The position numbers and the translations under genes are program-made. From Candidatus Limnocylindrales bacterium (GTDB lineage: Bacteria; Chloroflexota; Limnocylindria; Limnocylindrales; CSP1-4): a stretch of DNA of 64,000 bases. Below are positions 20,584 through 30,442 of this stretch, one piece after another. Location: the NCBI GenBank assembly GCA_038327765.1, contig JBBQLI010000001.1, positions 54,072 through 118,071 of the forward strand, read 5' to 3'. Every line of letters starts with the position of its first letter. Within the stretch, counting starts at the first letter, position 1. The notes under the pieces are model-generated. The model had not been told where the DNA came from. It searched no databases and saw only the letters and a program-made list of their open reading frames with translations.

Positions 20584-21080
20584 CCGTAGTGCTCGGCGAG
20601 GTGGTGGAACACGTCCCGCGCGGTGACCACGCCGGTCGGTCGACCGTCCTCGACGATCGGGATATGGCGGAACCCGCCGATCGCCATCTTGTGGATGGCC
20701 ATCGCGATCGGATCGTCGTGGCGCAGCACCACCGGATCCGGCGTCATGAAGTCACGGACACGGAACGCGTCCAGCTGCTTGCCGGCCGCCCGTGCGACGG
20801 CATCGCGGTCGGTGAAGATGCCGACGAGACGCTCCCCGGACGTGACGAGGACGCAGTCGGCCTCCGCGGCCTGCATCCGGGCGATCACGACATCGACCGG
20901 GGTGTCGGCACTCACGGTGATCGGTGGTGGCGCGCCGAGATCGTCGAGGTGCTCACCGAGCAGGCGGGAGTGGAACGAGGTGACCGCCTGCGGCACATCG
21001 GCCCCGGCGAGGTCGGCCCCACAGTTGTCGCAGACCTCCGCGCCGCTCAGGTTGAAGTGGCCACAGACCGGGCAGTCCAT
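20580..21080 (-). CDS. zinc-ribbon plus CBS-pair domain protein
   Basis: N-terminal CPVCGHFNLSGAEVCDNCG (C4 ribbon) followed by two CBS motifs. Confidence 0.75.
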   Translation of the reverse strand: MDCPVCGHFNLSGAEVCDNCGADLAGADVPQAVTSFHSRLLGEHLDDLGAPPPITVSADTPVDVVIARMQAAEADCVLVTSGERLVGIFTDRDAVARAAGKQLDAFRVRDFMTPDPVVLRHDDPIAMAIHKMAIGGFRHIPIVEDGRPTGVVTARDVFHHLAEHYG

Positions 21081-21089
21081 CCCGTCCTC

Positions 21090-22169
21090 CTACTCGACCG
21101 TCCAGGTCTCCCCACCGTTGAGCACGGCCGTCAGGTCGCCGGCACCGGACTTCGCGATCGCACTGGCGATCTGGTCCTCGATCAGGCGGTCGTGGGTCGG
21201 TCGATGGACCGCCCGCAGCACGCCGACCGGGACCGGGAATTCCGGATAGGACATCCGCGACAGCATCAGCGCGAGGTAGGGCTCCTCGGCCGCTTCATCG
21301 TGCACCAGCAGATCGGCTTCGGTGATGCCGTCCTGCCCGATGGTCACCACTTCGGGGTGGAGACCGTTGAGCCGGATGCCCTTGTCGCGGTCCTTGCCGA
21401 AGATCATGGGCTTGCCGTGCTCGAGGAAGAGCATGCGGTCCTCACGGACCTCGCGGTCGGTGAAGTCGCGCCACGCCCCGTCGTTGAAGATGTTGCAGTT
21501 CTGGAGGACCTCGACGAAGCACGAACCCTTGTGCCGGCCGGAGCGTTCGAGCGTCTGCTGCAGGTGCTCGGTGTGCGTATCGACCGAACGGGCGACGAAA
21601 CTCGCCTCGGCGGCGAGCGCGATCGTCAACGGGATGATCGGCGTGTCGAGCGAGCCCATCGGCGTGGACTTGGTGCGCTTGCCGAATTCCGACGTCGGGG
21701 ACGCCTGTCCCTTCGTCAGTCCGTAGATGCGGTTGTTGAACATGATCATGTTGATGTCGACGTTGCGGCGCATCGAATGGATCACGTGGTTGCCGCCGAT
21801 CGACAGGGCATCGCCGTCACCGGTGATCACCCAGACCATGAGGTCCGGACGCGACGCCTTGAGACCGGTGGCCAGCGTCGGTGCACGCCCGTGGATCGTA
21901 TGGAAGCCGAACGTGTTCATGTAGTACGGCAAGCGCCCTGAACAGCCGATCCCCGAGATGAAGACGATGTTCTCCTTCGGGTAGCCGAAGTCGGGCATCA
22001 CCTTCTGTGTCTGGGCAAGGATCGAGTAGTCGCCGCACCCCGGACACCAGCGGACCTCCTGGTCAGACACGAAGTCCTTGCGGGTCAGCTGGATGATCGC
22101 CGCGTTCTCGGGGCTGAGCGGTGGCTGCGCCGGGATGGGCGCCGCAGCGTGTCCGTTGGCTTCGGTCAT
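21090..22169 (-). CDS. korB: 2-oxoglutarate/2-oxoacid:ferredoxin oxidoreductase beta subunit
   Basis: TPP-binding motifs WCPGCGDY and GDGD. ATG at 22169 overlaps the korA stop (ATGA). The track ORF extends spuriously to 22874. Confidence 0.9.
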   Translation of the reverse strand: MTEANGHAAAPIPAQPPLSPENAAIIQLTRKDFVSDQEVRWCPGCGDYSILAQTQKVMPDFGYPKENIVFISGIGCSGRLPYYMNTFGFHTIHGRAPTLATGLKASRPDLMVWVITGDGDALSIGGNHVIHSMRRNVDINMIMFNNRIYGLTKGQASPTSEFGKRTKSTPMGSLDTPIIPLTIALAAEASFVARSVDTHTEHLQQTLERSGRHKGSCFVEVLQNCNIFNDGAWRDFTDREVREDRMLFLEHGKPMIFGKDRDKGIRLNGLHPEVVTIGQDGITEADLLVHDEAAEEPYLALMLSRMSYPEFPVPVGVLRAVHRPTHDRLIEDQIASAIAKSGAGDLTAVLNGGETWTVE

Positions 22170-24028
22170 GACGGGTTCTCCGCGAGCAGTCGCTCGGCTT
22201 CGGCGACGATCTCCGCGATGCGGAACGGCTTGCCGCGGACGCGGTCGTAGCCGACAGCGTCGATCAGATACCTGGCTCGGACCAGCATCAGGAGCTGGCC
22301 GAGGTTCACTTCGGGGATCAGGACCCGGCGATACGAGCGCAGGACGTGCTCCGTGTCGGCCGGGAACGGGTTGAGGTGGCGCAAATGGGCGTGCGCGACG
22401 GACTTGCCCGCAGCGTGCAGGCTCTCGACCGCGGACCGGATGGCGCCATACGTGGAGCCCCAGCCCAGGATCAGGAGATCGCCGCTGGTCGGGCCGAAGA
22501 CGTCGAGCGGCGGGATGTCGTTCGCGATACCCGCCACCTTGGCCGCGCGCAGAAGCTGCATCCGCTGGTGGTTGTCCGGGTCGTAGCTGACGTTGCCGGT
22601 GAGATCGGCCTTCTCGAGGCCGCCGATCCGATGCTCCAGGCCGGCCGTGCCGGGGACCGCCCACGGACGGGCCAGCGTCGCGGGATTGCGCTGATACGGA
22701 CGGAACGGCGCGTCGCCACGCTCGGCGTTGGGGACCGAGATGTCGGGCAGATCGGCCGGGTTCGGGATCATCCACGGCTCTGAGCCGGTCGCCAGGAACG
22801 CGTCCGAGAGGTACGCGACCGGGGTCATGTACTTGAGGGCCAGGCGCCATGCCTCGATGGCCATATCGAAGCACTCGCCCGGGGTTGCCGGCGCCACGAT
22901 CGGGATCGGCGAATCGGAGTTGCGGCCGAACATGACCTGGAGCAGGTCGGCCTGTTCGTTCTTGGTGGGCATCCCGGTCGACGGGCCGGCGCGCTGGACG
23001 TCGATGACGACGAGCGGCAGCTCGACCATGACCGCGAGGCCCATCGCCTCGGTCTTGAGTGCGATGCCCGGCCCGGAGGATGCCGTCATCCCGAGTGAGC
23101 CGCCGTAACTGGCGCCGATCGCGGCGCCGATCGCGGCGATCTCGTCCTCTGCCTGGAAGGTCTTGACCCCGAAGGTCTTGTAGGTCGCGAGCTGGTGGAG
23201 GATGTCACTGGCCGGCGTGATCGGGTAGCTGCCGTAGAACAACGGCCGCTTCGCCAGCGTCGACGCCGTGAGGAACCCGAGAGCGGCGGCCTCGTTTCCC
23301 GTGATGTTCCGGTACGTGCCCGGCGGCAGGTGCGCGGGCTTGACGCGGTAATGGGTGTGGAAGATCTCCGTGGTCTCGCCGAAGGCATAGCCCGCCTTGA
23401 GGGCGCGCTTGTTCGCCTCGGCGACGATCGGGCGGGCGGCGAACTTCTGGTCGACCCAATGGAGGGTCGGCTCCATGCTCCGCTCGTAGAGCCAGAACAT
23501 GATGCCGAGCGCGAAGAAGTTCTTGGTCAGGTCCTTCTGCTTGCTGGTCATGTCGAGCCCGTCGAGCGAGCGCTCGTTGAGCGTCGAGATCGGGATCTCG
23601 AAGACCGTGTAGGACTTCAGCGATCCGTCGGTCAGCGGGTTGCTGGCGTACGCCGCCTTGTTGAGGTTCTGCTGCGTGAACGCGTCGCTGTTGACGATCA
23701 GCGCGCCGCCCGCCGGCAGGTCCGTGACGTTCGTCTTGAGCGCTGCCGGGTTCATCGCCACGAGGACGTCGGGCTGGTCGCCCGGCGTGTGGATCTCCGA
23801 CGAGCTGAAGCTGATCTGGAAGCCGGACACGCCCGGCAGCGAACCAGCCGGCGCACGGATCTCGGCGGGGAAGTCAGGCAGGGTGCTGATGTCGTTCCCG
23901 AAGACCGCTGCCGTCCGCGTGAACTGCGTTCCGGTGAGCTGCATCCCGTCGCCGGAATCGCCGGCGAACCGGATGGTGACGCGTTCGAGCTCCTCGAGTT
24001 CCGACGTGGTCTCCGTGGTGGTCGTCAC
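22166..24028 (-). CDS. korA: 2-oxoglutarate/2-oxoacid:ferredoxin oxidoreductase alpha subunit
   Basis: 620 aa. Fused pyruvate:ferredoxin-oxidoreductase domains I and II of the KorA type. Confidence 0.9.
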   Translation of the reverse strand: MTTTTETTSELEELERVTIRFAGDSGDGMQLTGTQFTRTAAVFGNDISTLPDFPAEIRAPAGSLPGVSGFQISFSSSEIHTPGDQPDVLVAMNPAALKTNVTDLPAGGALIVNSDAFTQQNLNKAAYASNPLTDGSLKSYTVFEIPISTLNERSLDGLDMTSKQKDLTKNFFALGIMFWLYERSMEPTLHWVDQKFAARPIVAEANKRALKAGYAFGETTEIFHTHYRVKPAHLPPGTYRNITGNEAAALGFLTASTLAKRPLFYGSYPITPASDILHQLATYKTFGVKTFQAEDEIAAIGAAIGASYGGSLGMTASSGPGIALKTEAMGLAVMVELPLVVIDVQRAGPSTGMPTKNEQADLLQVMFGRNSDSPIPIVAPATPGECFDMAIEAWRLALKYMTPVAYLSDAFLATGSEPWMIPNPADLPDISVPNAERGDAPFRPYQRNPATLARPWAVPGTAGLEHRIGGLEKADLTGNVSYDPDNHQRMQLLRAAKVAGIANDIPPLDVFGPTSGDLLILGWGSTYGAIRSAVESLHAAGKSVAHAHLRHLNPFPADTEHVLRSYRRVLIPEVNLGQLLMLVRARYLIDAVGYDRVRGKPFRIAEIVAEAERLLAENPS

Positions 24029-24525
24029 GCGCCTTCCGGCTCCTTCATTCGCTGGTGTGGCCGGGGCGGCAGGTTGAGCAGCTCCTCCGGGAACGACTCG
24101 GCCAGGTACTTGATGATGTCGGCCTGTCGCACGACGCCGACGAGATGGCGGGCGTCATCGACGACCGGGACATTGCGATAGCGGCCCGTCTGCATCAGAG
24201 TGATGGCGTCGCCGATCGTCTGGTCCAGGTCGAAGGTCCTGGGCTCGGTCGTCATAAGGGTCTCGACCGAGGCCTTGAGATCCACGTGGCCTGCCACGAT
24301 CTGGCTGAAGACATCGCGTTCGGTCAGCACGCCCAGCAGGCGGCCATCGGCGTCGCACACGAAGACCGAATCGCCCGTCCCGGTGCGCTTGATCTTGCGC
24401 AGGCAGGTCGCCAGCGAGGTTCCCGGCGGGACCGTCATGGGGAGGCGCCGACTGAGCACCCCGAGGCGCTCCTCCAGGATGGCCGGGACACGTCGGACGA
24501 CGGCGCTCTCGGTGAGATCGTTCAC
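24025..24525 (-). CDS. CBS-pair domain protein
   Basis: 166 aa with two CBS motifs. Its stop overlaps the korA start. Confidence 0.75.
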   Translation of the reverse strand: MNDLTESAVVRRVPAILEERLGVLSRRLPMTVPPGTSLATCLRKIKRTGTGDSVFVCDADGRLLGVLTERDVFSQIVAGHVDLKASVETLMTTEPRTFDLDQTIGDAITLMQTGRYRNVPVVDDARHLVGVVRQADIIKYLAESFPEELLNLPPRPHQRMKEPEGA

Positions 24526-24616
24526 AGCCCAAAGTGTAGACCGTCATCTCCGGATCCGAGGCGAAGCCGTCCCCGGGGCGCAACGTTCGCTCGATCCGGC
24601 TGCTAGCCTCGGGCCG

Positions 24617-25585
24617 ATGGATCGTCGACGCCTTGGTGGGATCGCCCTGATCCTGGTCTCGGCGGCGGGGTTCGGGTCCGGGTCGCTCTTCGCGCAGCCG
24701 GTGTACGGATCGGGGGTGGACTGGCTGACGCTGTCGGCCTGGCGCTTCCTCTTCGGCGCTGGCCTGGCTTGGCTGTGGCTGCTGGCCTCGCCGACGCGAC
24801 GCGCGGGCCTGCGGGCGCTGGACCGGCGAGCGGGGGCGGTGGGGTTCCTGCTTGGCGTCCTCTACGTGGGCAATTCGGGGACGTACTACGCCGGTCTCCA
24901 GACCGTCTCGCCGTCGCTCGCAGCGCTCATCGTCTACATCTACCCGGCCGTCGTCGCCGTGCTGACCCTCCGGATCGGGCGGCGTCTGGAAGGCCGCCGC
25001 GCATGGTTCGCGCTGGCGATCGCGTTCGTCGGGACCGCGCTGGCACTCGGCGGCATCGATCGCGCGAAAGCGCCTTCGATCGCCGGCCTGCTGCTGGTCC
25101 TTGTGTCGCCTCTGATCTACTCGGTCTGGATCGTGCTCTCGGCGCGGCTCTCGGGCGAGCGTCGCGGGTCGGTCGGTGGGGCATCCGAGGCGGGGGCGGC
25201 TGCCGGTGCGGCGACGGCGCTGATGATGACCGCGACCGCGACCGTCTACTGGGGCTGGAACCTGCTCGTCGGTCGCCCGGTCCTGCCCGGTCAGATCCCC
25301 GCCGGCGCGTGGATCGGGCTGGTCGGGGTAGGCGTGGTCTCGACGTTCATCGCGATCCAGACGTTCTACGCCGGGGCGCAGCGGATCGGCGCGGCACAGG
25401 CGGCCCTGATCAGCACGGTCGAGCCGGCCTACACGATCGTCCTCGCGGCCCTGCTCTTCGGGATCGGCCTGACGCCGGTCCAGCTGGCGGGCGGGGCGCT
25501 GATCCTTTTCAGCGTGGTGGTGGCCCAGACCGGCTCAGCGAGCGGACGCGCGGCGACGTCATTCGTGCGGGTCGCGGACGAATAG
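24617..25585 (+). CDS. EamA/DMT-family transporter
   Basis: 10-TM pattern with two EamA repeats. Start at the internal ATG of track ORF 24200..25585. Confidence 0.75.
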   Translation: MDRRRLGGIALILVSAAGFGSGSLFAQPVYGSGVDWLTLSAWRFLFGAGLAWLWLLASPTRRAGLRALDRRAGAVGFLLGVLYVGNSGTYYAGLQTVSPSLAALIVYIYPAVVAVLTLRIGRRLEGRRAWFALAIAFVGTALALGGIDRAKAPSIAGLLLVLVSPLIYSVWIVLSARLSGERRGSVGGASEAGAAAGAATALMMTATATVYWGWNLLVGRPVLPGQIPAGAWIGLVGVGVVSTFIAIQTFYAGAQRIGAAQAALISTVEPAYTIVLAALLFGIGLTPVQLAGGALILFSVVVAQTGSASGRAATSFVRVADE

Positions 25586-25932
25586 GCGCGGCAGGTGGGG
25601 CGATGGCGCGGCAGGTGCGGGCGCGGGTGGCACGGGCGGGCGCGGCGACGCGTTGGCCGGGCGCTCGGGCTTGCGGGGCGCGCGCGGGGCTTGCGGGGCG
25701 CGGGACCGAGGTTCTCCCAGATGCCACCGCCCGTGGCGTTAGACGACGGCACGAGAAGGCGTGATGCCCGGTGCTGCATCAACGTGGTGGGCGGGACGCA
25801 AGTGATGCGGATCCGTGCGGCTCTTGGCATCACGCTCGCGAGGCGAGTCACCTAATGCTCTCCGGGGTGGCAGTAGAGCGGAACCCGCCCCTGGCCGCCA
25901 CCGCCACTCCCCGGCCACCACGACCGCGACCG

Positions 25933-26691
25933 CTACCCCCGACCGGCTGCCGCCAGCACGGCCCGTGCCCCGTAGGTCAGCATCGTCCCGTCCGACCCGA
26001 GGCCAAGGAACGTGAAACCCAGCTCGATGTGTCGCGCGACGACGCTCGGGTCGTAGAGCAGGATCCCCGTCGCCTTGCCATGCGACTTCGCGGCCGCGAC
26101 CACCGACGCGATCGCGTCGAGATAGCGCGGATCGTCGAACCGACCCGGCACCCCCAGCGCATGCGACAGGTCGGCCGGGCCCACGAACAGGACATCGGCG
26201 CCGGGAACGGCGGCGATCTCGTCGATATGCTCGAGCGCGCCAACGGTCTCGATCTGGAACACGCCCAGGATCTGATCGTCGAGCTGGCCGACGGTGGCGT
26301 GGGTGTAGCGGCCCGCACCCTGGCCACGGGCCAGGAGGGCCACACCACGGATCCCGTGCGGCGGGAAACGCATCCACGAGAGCGTCTCGTGGACATCGTC
26401 GACGGACTCGATCCGCGGAACCACCAGGCCGCCGGCGCCGAGGTCGAGCGATCGGGCGACGCGCAGGCGATCGCTTCGTTCGATCCGGACGAGCGGCGTT
26501 GCAGCCGTGGCACCGATCGCGTAGATCTGGGTCAGGACGTCGCCTTCGAAGCCCATCCCGTGCTCGGTGTCGATCAGGAGCCAGTCGAACCCGGCTCGAC
26601 CGAGGGTCTCGGCATTGAAGGGGGATCCCGAGGACAGCCAGGCGCCGACCGTGGTCTCACCGGCGAGGATGCGTTCGCGAAGGGTGGTCAT
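25933..26691 (-). CDS. HpcH/HpaI-family aldolase (2-dehydro-3-deoxyglucarate/2,4-dihydroxyhept-2-enedioate aldolase-like)
   Basis: MTTLRERILAGE...LLIDTEHG motif typical of HpcH/HpaI/GarL. ATG at 26691. Confidence 0.8.
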   Translation of the reverse strand: MTTLRERILAGETTVGAWLSSGSPFNAETLGRAGFDWLLIDTEHGMGFEGDVLTQIYAIGATAATPLVRIERSDRLRVARSLDLGAGGLVVPRIESVDDVHETLSWMRFPPHGIRGVALLARGQGAGRYTHATVGQLDDQILGVFQIETVGALEHIDEIAAVPGADVLFVGPADLSHALGVPGRFDDPRYLDAIASVVAAAKSHGKATGILLYDPSVVARHIELGFTFLGLGSDGTMLTYGARAVLAAAGRG

Positions 26692-26732
26692 GCGCGCATT
26701 CTGACCGACCGCGGAAGCCGCCGAGCGACGAC

Positions 26733-28064
26733 CTATGACCCGCTGACGAGCCCGGCGGTGTCGACGACCTGCAGATCTCGTCCCGTGATCACGTCCAGTT
26801 GATGCATGACGTCGTCGTCGAACGCCGGGTCGCTGGCCCCGCTGATGTACCACGGCGATCCGTTGTCGGCGAGGATCATCCCGTAGCGCTGGAGGGCGAC
26901 CGCGATCACCCTGGCCTGCGGCGAGAAGTGCGACACGTCATACGACGCACGGAGCCGGACGCGCAGCCCCATCGGCGGCAGCGACGTGGAACTGGACGAG
27001 CCGGCCTCGTGACGAGCCGGGTAGATGTACGAGGTCCGCGTCTGGTTCGTGGTGAAGCGCAACGCGTGATCGATCTCGCCCGCGGCGACCTCGTCGTACC
27101 GGACGAGACCGGGGAGGATCGGCAGACCGGCCGCATCAGCACTGGTCCAGCCAGCCGGCCGCAACGCGTTCGACGTCAGATCCCAGGTCGCGCCGCTGCC
27201 GGCGTGCCAGACGCCGTTCACCTTGCTCGCGGCGAACAGCTCGTAGAGCTTGCAGAGGTCCTTGTCGACGATCAGGAGATGACCGTCGGAGCCGGCCTCC
27301 ACCGTGGGGCTCGCCGGGATCGGATAGAGGACGTGGTCGGATTCGGTGCTGTACTGGAATGTCACCGCGGAGCCGGGCGTGTCGCCGGCAACCACGTTGA
27401 ACGGGATGCCATAGCCGGCATACGACCCGAAGTCCATGTGCAGCCCGCGCGTGAGCCCGATGGCGGCGATCATCGTCGCCGAGTTCGAGGCGATGTCGCG
27501 CCCATCCACCCGGGTATTCCAGACGTTGTCGACGGGGAAGATGCCGCAGTCCGGAGCGCCCGCCAGCGTCGGAGAGCCGTTCGGGCTGGCGACAGGGTTC
27601 GGGTGACTGGCGGGGTCCCTCGGATTCGTGCCGGCGCGGACCTCCGTGCCGTCGTGATAGCCATCGCCGTCGGTATCCGCGTTGCGTGGGAGGGTCCCAC
27701 GCGCCTGCTCCTGGGCGTTGGTCAGCCCGTCGTGGTCGGGGTCTTCCTTGCCGTCGCCGATGCCATTGCGGTTCGTATCGCCCTTGAGCGGGTTGGTGCC
27801 GGCCAGGTATTCATAACGGTTCGTCAGCGCGTCGTGGTCGGGGTTCTCCCTCCCATCAGGGATCCCGTCGCGGTCCGTGTCCGCCCGGGTGGGACTGGTG
27901 TGCGACTTGTGGATCTCGAACCAGTCTGGCAGCCCGTCGTGGTCGCGGTCGCTCGTCGACGAGGCCGCGGAGACCGCCGGCAGCGAGCTCCCGACCAGGG
28001 CCGCGAGCAGGAAGGCCGTGGCGGCGATGCGGCGGGCGTGGGTCGTCATCGACATGGCGGCCAT
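26733..28064 (-). CDS. secreted protein with thrombospondin type-3-like Ca-binding repeats plus an unknown C-terminal domain
   Basis: Signal peptide (MAAMSMTTHARRIAATAFLLAALVGSSLPAVSAA). Repeated D-x-D-x-DG-x-x-D motifs (DRDHDGLPD, DTDRDGIPD, DTNRNGIGD, DTDGDGYHD). C-terminal roughly 280 aa unassigned. Confidence 0.7.
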   Translation of the reverse strand: MAAMSMTTHARRIAATAFLLAALVGSSLPAVSAASSTSDRDHDGLPDWFEIHKSHTSPTRADTDRDGIPDGRENPDHDALTNRYEYLAGTNPLKGDTNRNGIGDGKEDPDHDGLTNAQEQARGTLPRNADTDGDGYHDGTEVRAGTNPRDPASHPNPVASPNGSPTLAGAPDCGIFPVDNVWNTRVDGRDIASNSATMIAAIGLTRGLHMDFGSYAGYGIPFNVVAGDTPGSAVTFQYSTESDHVLYPIPASPTVEAGSDGHLLIVDKDLCKLYELFAASKVNGVWHAGSGATWDLTSNALRPAGWTSADAAGLPILPGLVRYDEVAAGEIDHALRFTTNQTRTSYIYPARHEAGSSSSTSLPPMGLRVRLRASYDVSHFSPQARVIAVALQRYGMILADNGSPWYISGASDPAFDDDVMHQLDVITGRDLQVVDTAGLVSGS

Positions 28065-28154
28065 CGTCGCCCCTCTCTCACCAGGATGCGACCCCCAAGT
28101 CGTCCCGGATGCATGACCCCGTGGTCCGGTTCCGGGCTGCACCGCCCGAGCGGG

Positions 28155-28637
28155 TCACTCCCCGACGACGGTGCTCCGTCGCTCCAGCAGCACCACGTCC
28201 CGCCAACGGCCCGCGGCATCACGCCCGAGACGATGCTGCACGCCGATCCGCTGGAACCCGGCTCGCTCATGGAGGGCGAGGCTCGCCACGTTCTCGGCCA
28301 GCACGCCGGCCATGAGCGCCCACACGCCACTGGCCTCGGAGGCCTCGATGAGGGCTGCGAGCAGCGCTCGGCCGATCCCGAGCCCGCGCGCCGAAGCTGC
28401 GATGTAGACGCTCTCCCACGCGACCCCGGCGTAGACGCGGCGCGCCGAGTAGGGCGACAGCGCGACCCAGCCCACGATGGTCCCATCGGGCGACGACCTG
28501 GCCACGAGCCGGCAATCGGTGCGATGGGCGCGATCCCAGGTAGGCCAGTCCGGTGCGCTGGTCTCGAGCGTCGCGTCGCCCGTGGCGAGACCGTGCTCGT
28601 AGATCCGCAGCACGGCCGGCCAGTCGGCGGGTGTCAT
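28155..28637 (-). CDS. GNAT acetyltransferase, phosphinothricin-acetyltransferase-like
   Basis: MTPADWPAVLRIYEHGLATG N-terminus typical of the PAT/bar family. ATG at 28637. Confidence 0.75.
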   Translation of the reverse strand: MTPADWPAVLRIYEHGLATGDATLETSAPDWPTWDRAHRTDCRLVARSSPDGTIVGWVALSPYSARRVYAGVAWESVYIAASARGLGIGRALLAALIEASEASGVWALMAGVLAENVASLALHERAGFQRIGVQHRLGRDAAGRWRDVVLLERRSTVVGE

Positions 28638-28782
28638 CGGTTCGATGCCAGGTGGCGGCGGCAGGAGCGGCACGCCCCGATCGTAGCGCGACGCGCCAGT
28701 CGACACGGCGACGAACGAGGCATCGCCCCAGGCGCGCGCTCGACACCATCGGCGCAGTACGCCACGTGCCACACTGGCCGCC

Positions 28783-29280
28783 ATGACCAGCGACCCGGCC
28801 ACCCAGGCGATCGTCGAGGCATCGGCCCGCCTCTCGGCCCTTCGGGCCCGGATCGTGGCGGGCGACCCATGGCCGTTGGCGGATCGGTTCGACCATGCCC
28901 CGGAGGCGTCGTGGGGGCCGCCCGAGATCCTTGCCCACTGCCTCGAGATGGTCGACTACTGGCGGGGCGAGCTCGGGCGCGTGGCCGCCGGTACCGGCAG
29001 CAGCCCCGTCCCATTCGGCAGGACCGCGACGGATACCGATCGGCTGGCCGCGATCGAGCGCGACCGGCACCTGCCGAGCGCCGAGCTCCTCGACCGCCTC
29101 GAGGCGGGCATCGCCCGGGCCCTGGCGGCGGCGGCCGGCTGGAGCGCCGCCCAGCGGGAGCAGCTCGGGAGCCATCCGTCGGGTGACGTGCTGTCGGTGA
29201 GTGCGGGGCTTCCGCGCTTCATCGGGGGACATCTGCTGGCCCACCTCGACCAGCTCGAGGCGACCATCCCGGCGGGCTGA
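28783..29280 (+). CDS. DinB/YfiT-like (mycothiol-dependent-enzyme-like) hypothetical protein
   Basis: ILAHCLEMVDYW and HLLAHLDQL His-containing helices typical of the DinB_2 fold. Confidence 0.55.
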   Translation: MTSDPATQAIVEASARLSALRARIVAGDPWPLADRFDHAPEASWGPPEILAHCLEMVDYWRGELGRVAAGTGSSPVPFGRTATDTDRLAAIERDRHLPSAELLDRLEAGIARALAAAAGWSAAQREQLGSHPSGDVLSVSAGLPRFIGGHLLAHLDQLEATIPAG

Positions 29281-29377
29281 CCCTCGTCGCGATCCGGTCC
29301 TCGCGCGGTGCGTGCGACACTCCGCCACACGACGACGCTCGTCGTCGGCTCAGCCGCAGGTCGAGAGGGTCAGCGCC

Positions 29378-29866
29378 ATGGCCACCGCTTCAGAAACCTC
29401 CGCGGAGATGTCCCGGGCGACGTCGGCCCCCCATCTCCACGTCCCGCGCCTCGTCCTGTCGACCGACGTCGGCACGGAAAGCGTCCTCGACCGGATCGCC
29501 GATGTCGTGAATCGTCTCATCGGCTCGATGTGGCTCTTTGTGGGGATCAGCCTGGGCATCGTCGTCTGGCTGTTCGCCGGCAACATCATCGGGTTCGACA
29601 AGACCCCGTGGCCGCTCCTGCTGACCATCCTGAACCTGCCGCAGCTCTCGATCATGATCTCGCTCCAGGTCAGCGCGAACCGCGCCCAGTCTGCCAGCGA
29701 CGCCAGGGCGATGGCCGATCACGCGACCCTCGTCGCCCTCCACGAACTCTCCAAGAAGCAGGTCGAGATCCTCGACGGCCAGAACAAGGTCCTCGCGATC
29801 CTGGAGGGCGCCGTCGTGACGAGCGGGTCGGCCACGATGACCGGGCCGGCCGCGGCCGGCGCCTGA
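29378..29866 (+). CDS. DUF1003-like membrane protein
   Basis: Two TM helices followed by a charged coiled C-terminus (LSIMISLQVSANRAQ...HELSKKQVEILD). Confidence 0.55.
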   Translation: MATASETSAEMSRATSAPHLHVPRLVLSTDVGTESVLDRIADVVNRLIGSMWLFVGISLGIVVWLFAGNIIGFDKTPWPLLLTILNLPQLSIMISLQVSANRAQSASDARAMADHATLVALHELSKKQVEILDGQNKVLAILEGAVVTSGSATMTGPAAAGA

Positions 29867-29897
29867 TCCCTCGCGCCCGATAGCCGAGGACCGAACG

Positions 29898-30416
29898 ATG
29901 TGGACCCTGGGGACACCGCCACTCGAACTGGTGATCCGCTCGGCGGTCATCTACATCCTGTTCTTCGGCGCCCTGCGCCTGTTCGGCAAGCGTGAGGTCG
30001 GCCAGTTCACGCTGTTCGACCTAGCCCTCGTGCTGCTCGTCGCGAACGCCGTCCAGCCGGCCATCACCGGCCCCGACCAGTCGCTCACGGGCGGCTTCAT
30101 CGTCATCGCCACGATCTTCATCATGAACCGAGGGGTGGCGCTCCTGCGGGTGCGCAGCTCCCTCGTGCGACGTGTCCTCGACGTCGAACCCACGACCATC
30201 GGGCGCGACGGCGCGTGGCTGACCGACGAGATGGAACGACAGGGGGTCGATGCGGCTGATGTCGAGGAGGCGCTCCGCGAACACGGGATCGCCACCGTCG
30301 AGGAGATGAAGCTCGCGACGCTCGAGCAGGACGGGTCCATCAGCATCGTCGGGGTCGATGGCAAGGGCAACGCGGCCACGAAGCGCCGCCGCCGCCGCTA
30401 CCGCCGCCCGAACTGA
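29898..30416 (+). CDS. DUF421/YetF-like membrane protein
   Basis: N-terminal TM pair plus a C-terminal soluble domain. Ends in a poly-Arg tail. Confidence 0.6.
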   Translation: MWTLGTPPLELVIRSAVIYILFFGALRLFGKREVGQFTLFDLALVLLVANAVQPAITGPDQSLTGGFIVIATIFIMNRGVALLRVRSSLVRRVLDVEPTTIGRDGAWLTDEMERQGVDAADVEEALREHGIATVEEMKLATLEQDGSISIVGVDGKGNAATKRRRRRYRRPN

Positions 30417-30442
30417 GTCGCACTCGCCGCCCGGCTGGAGGC

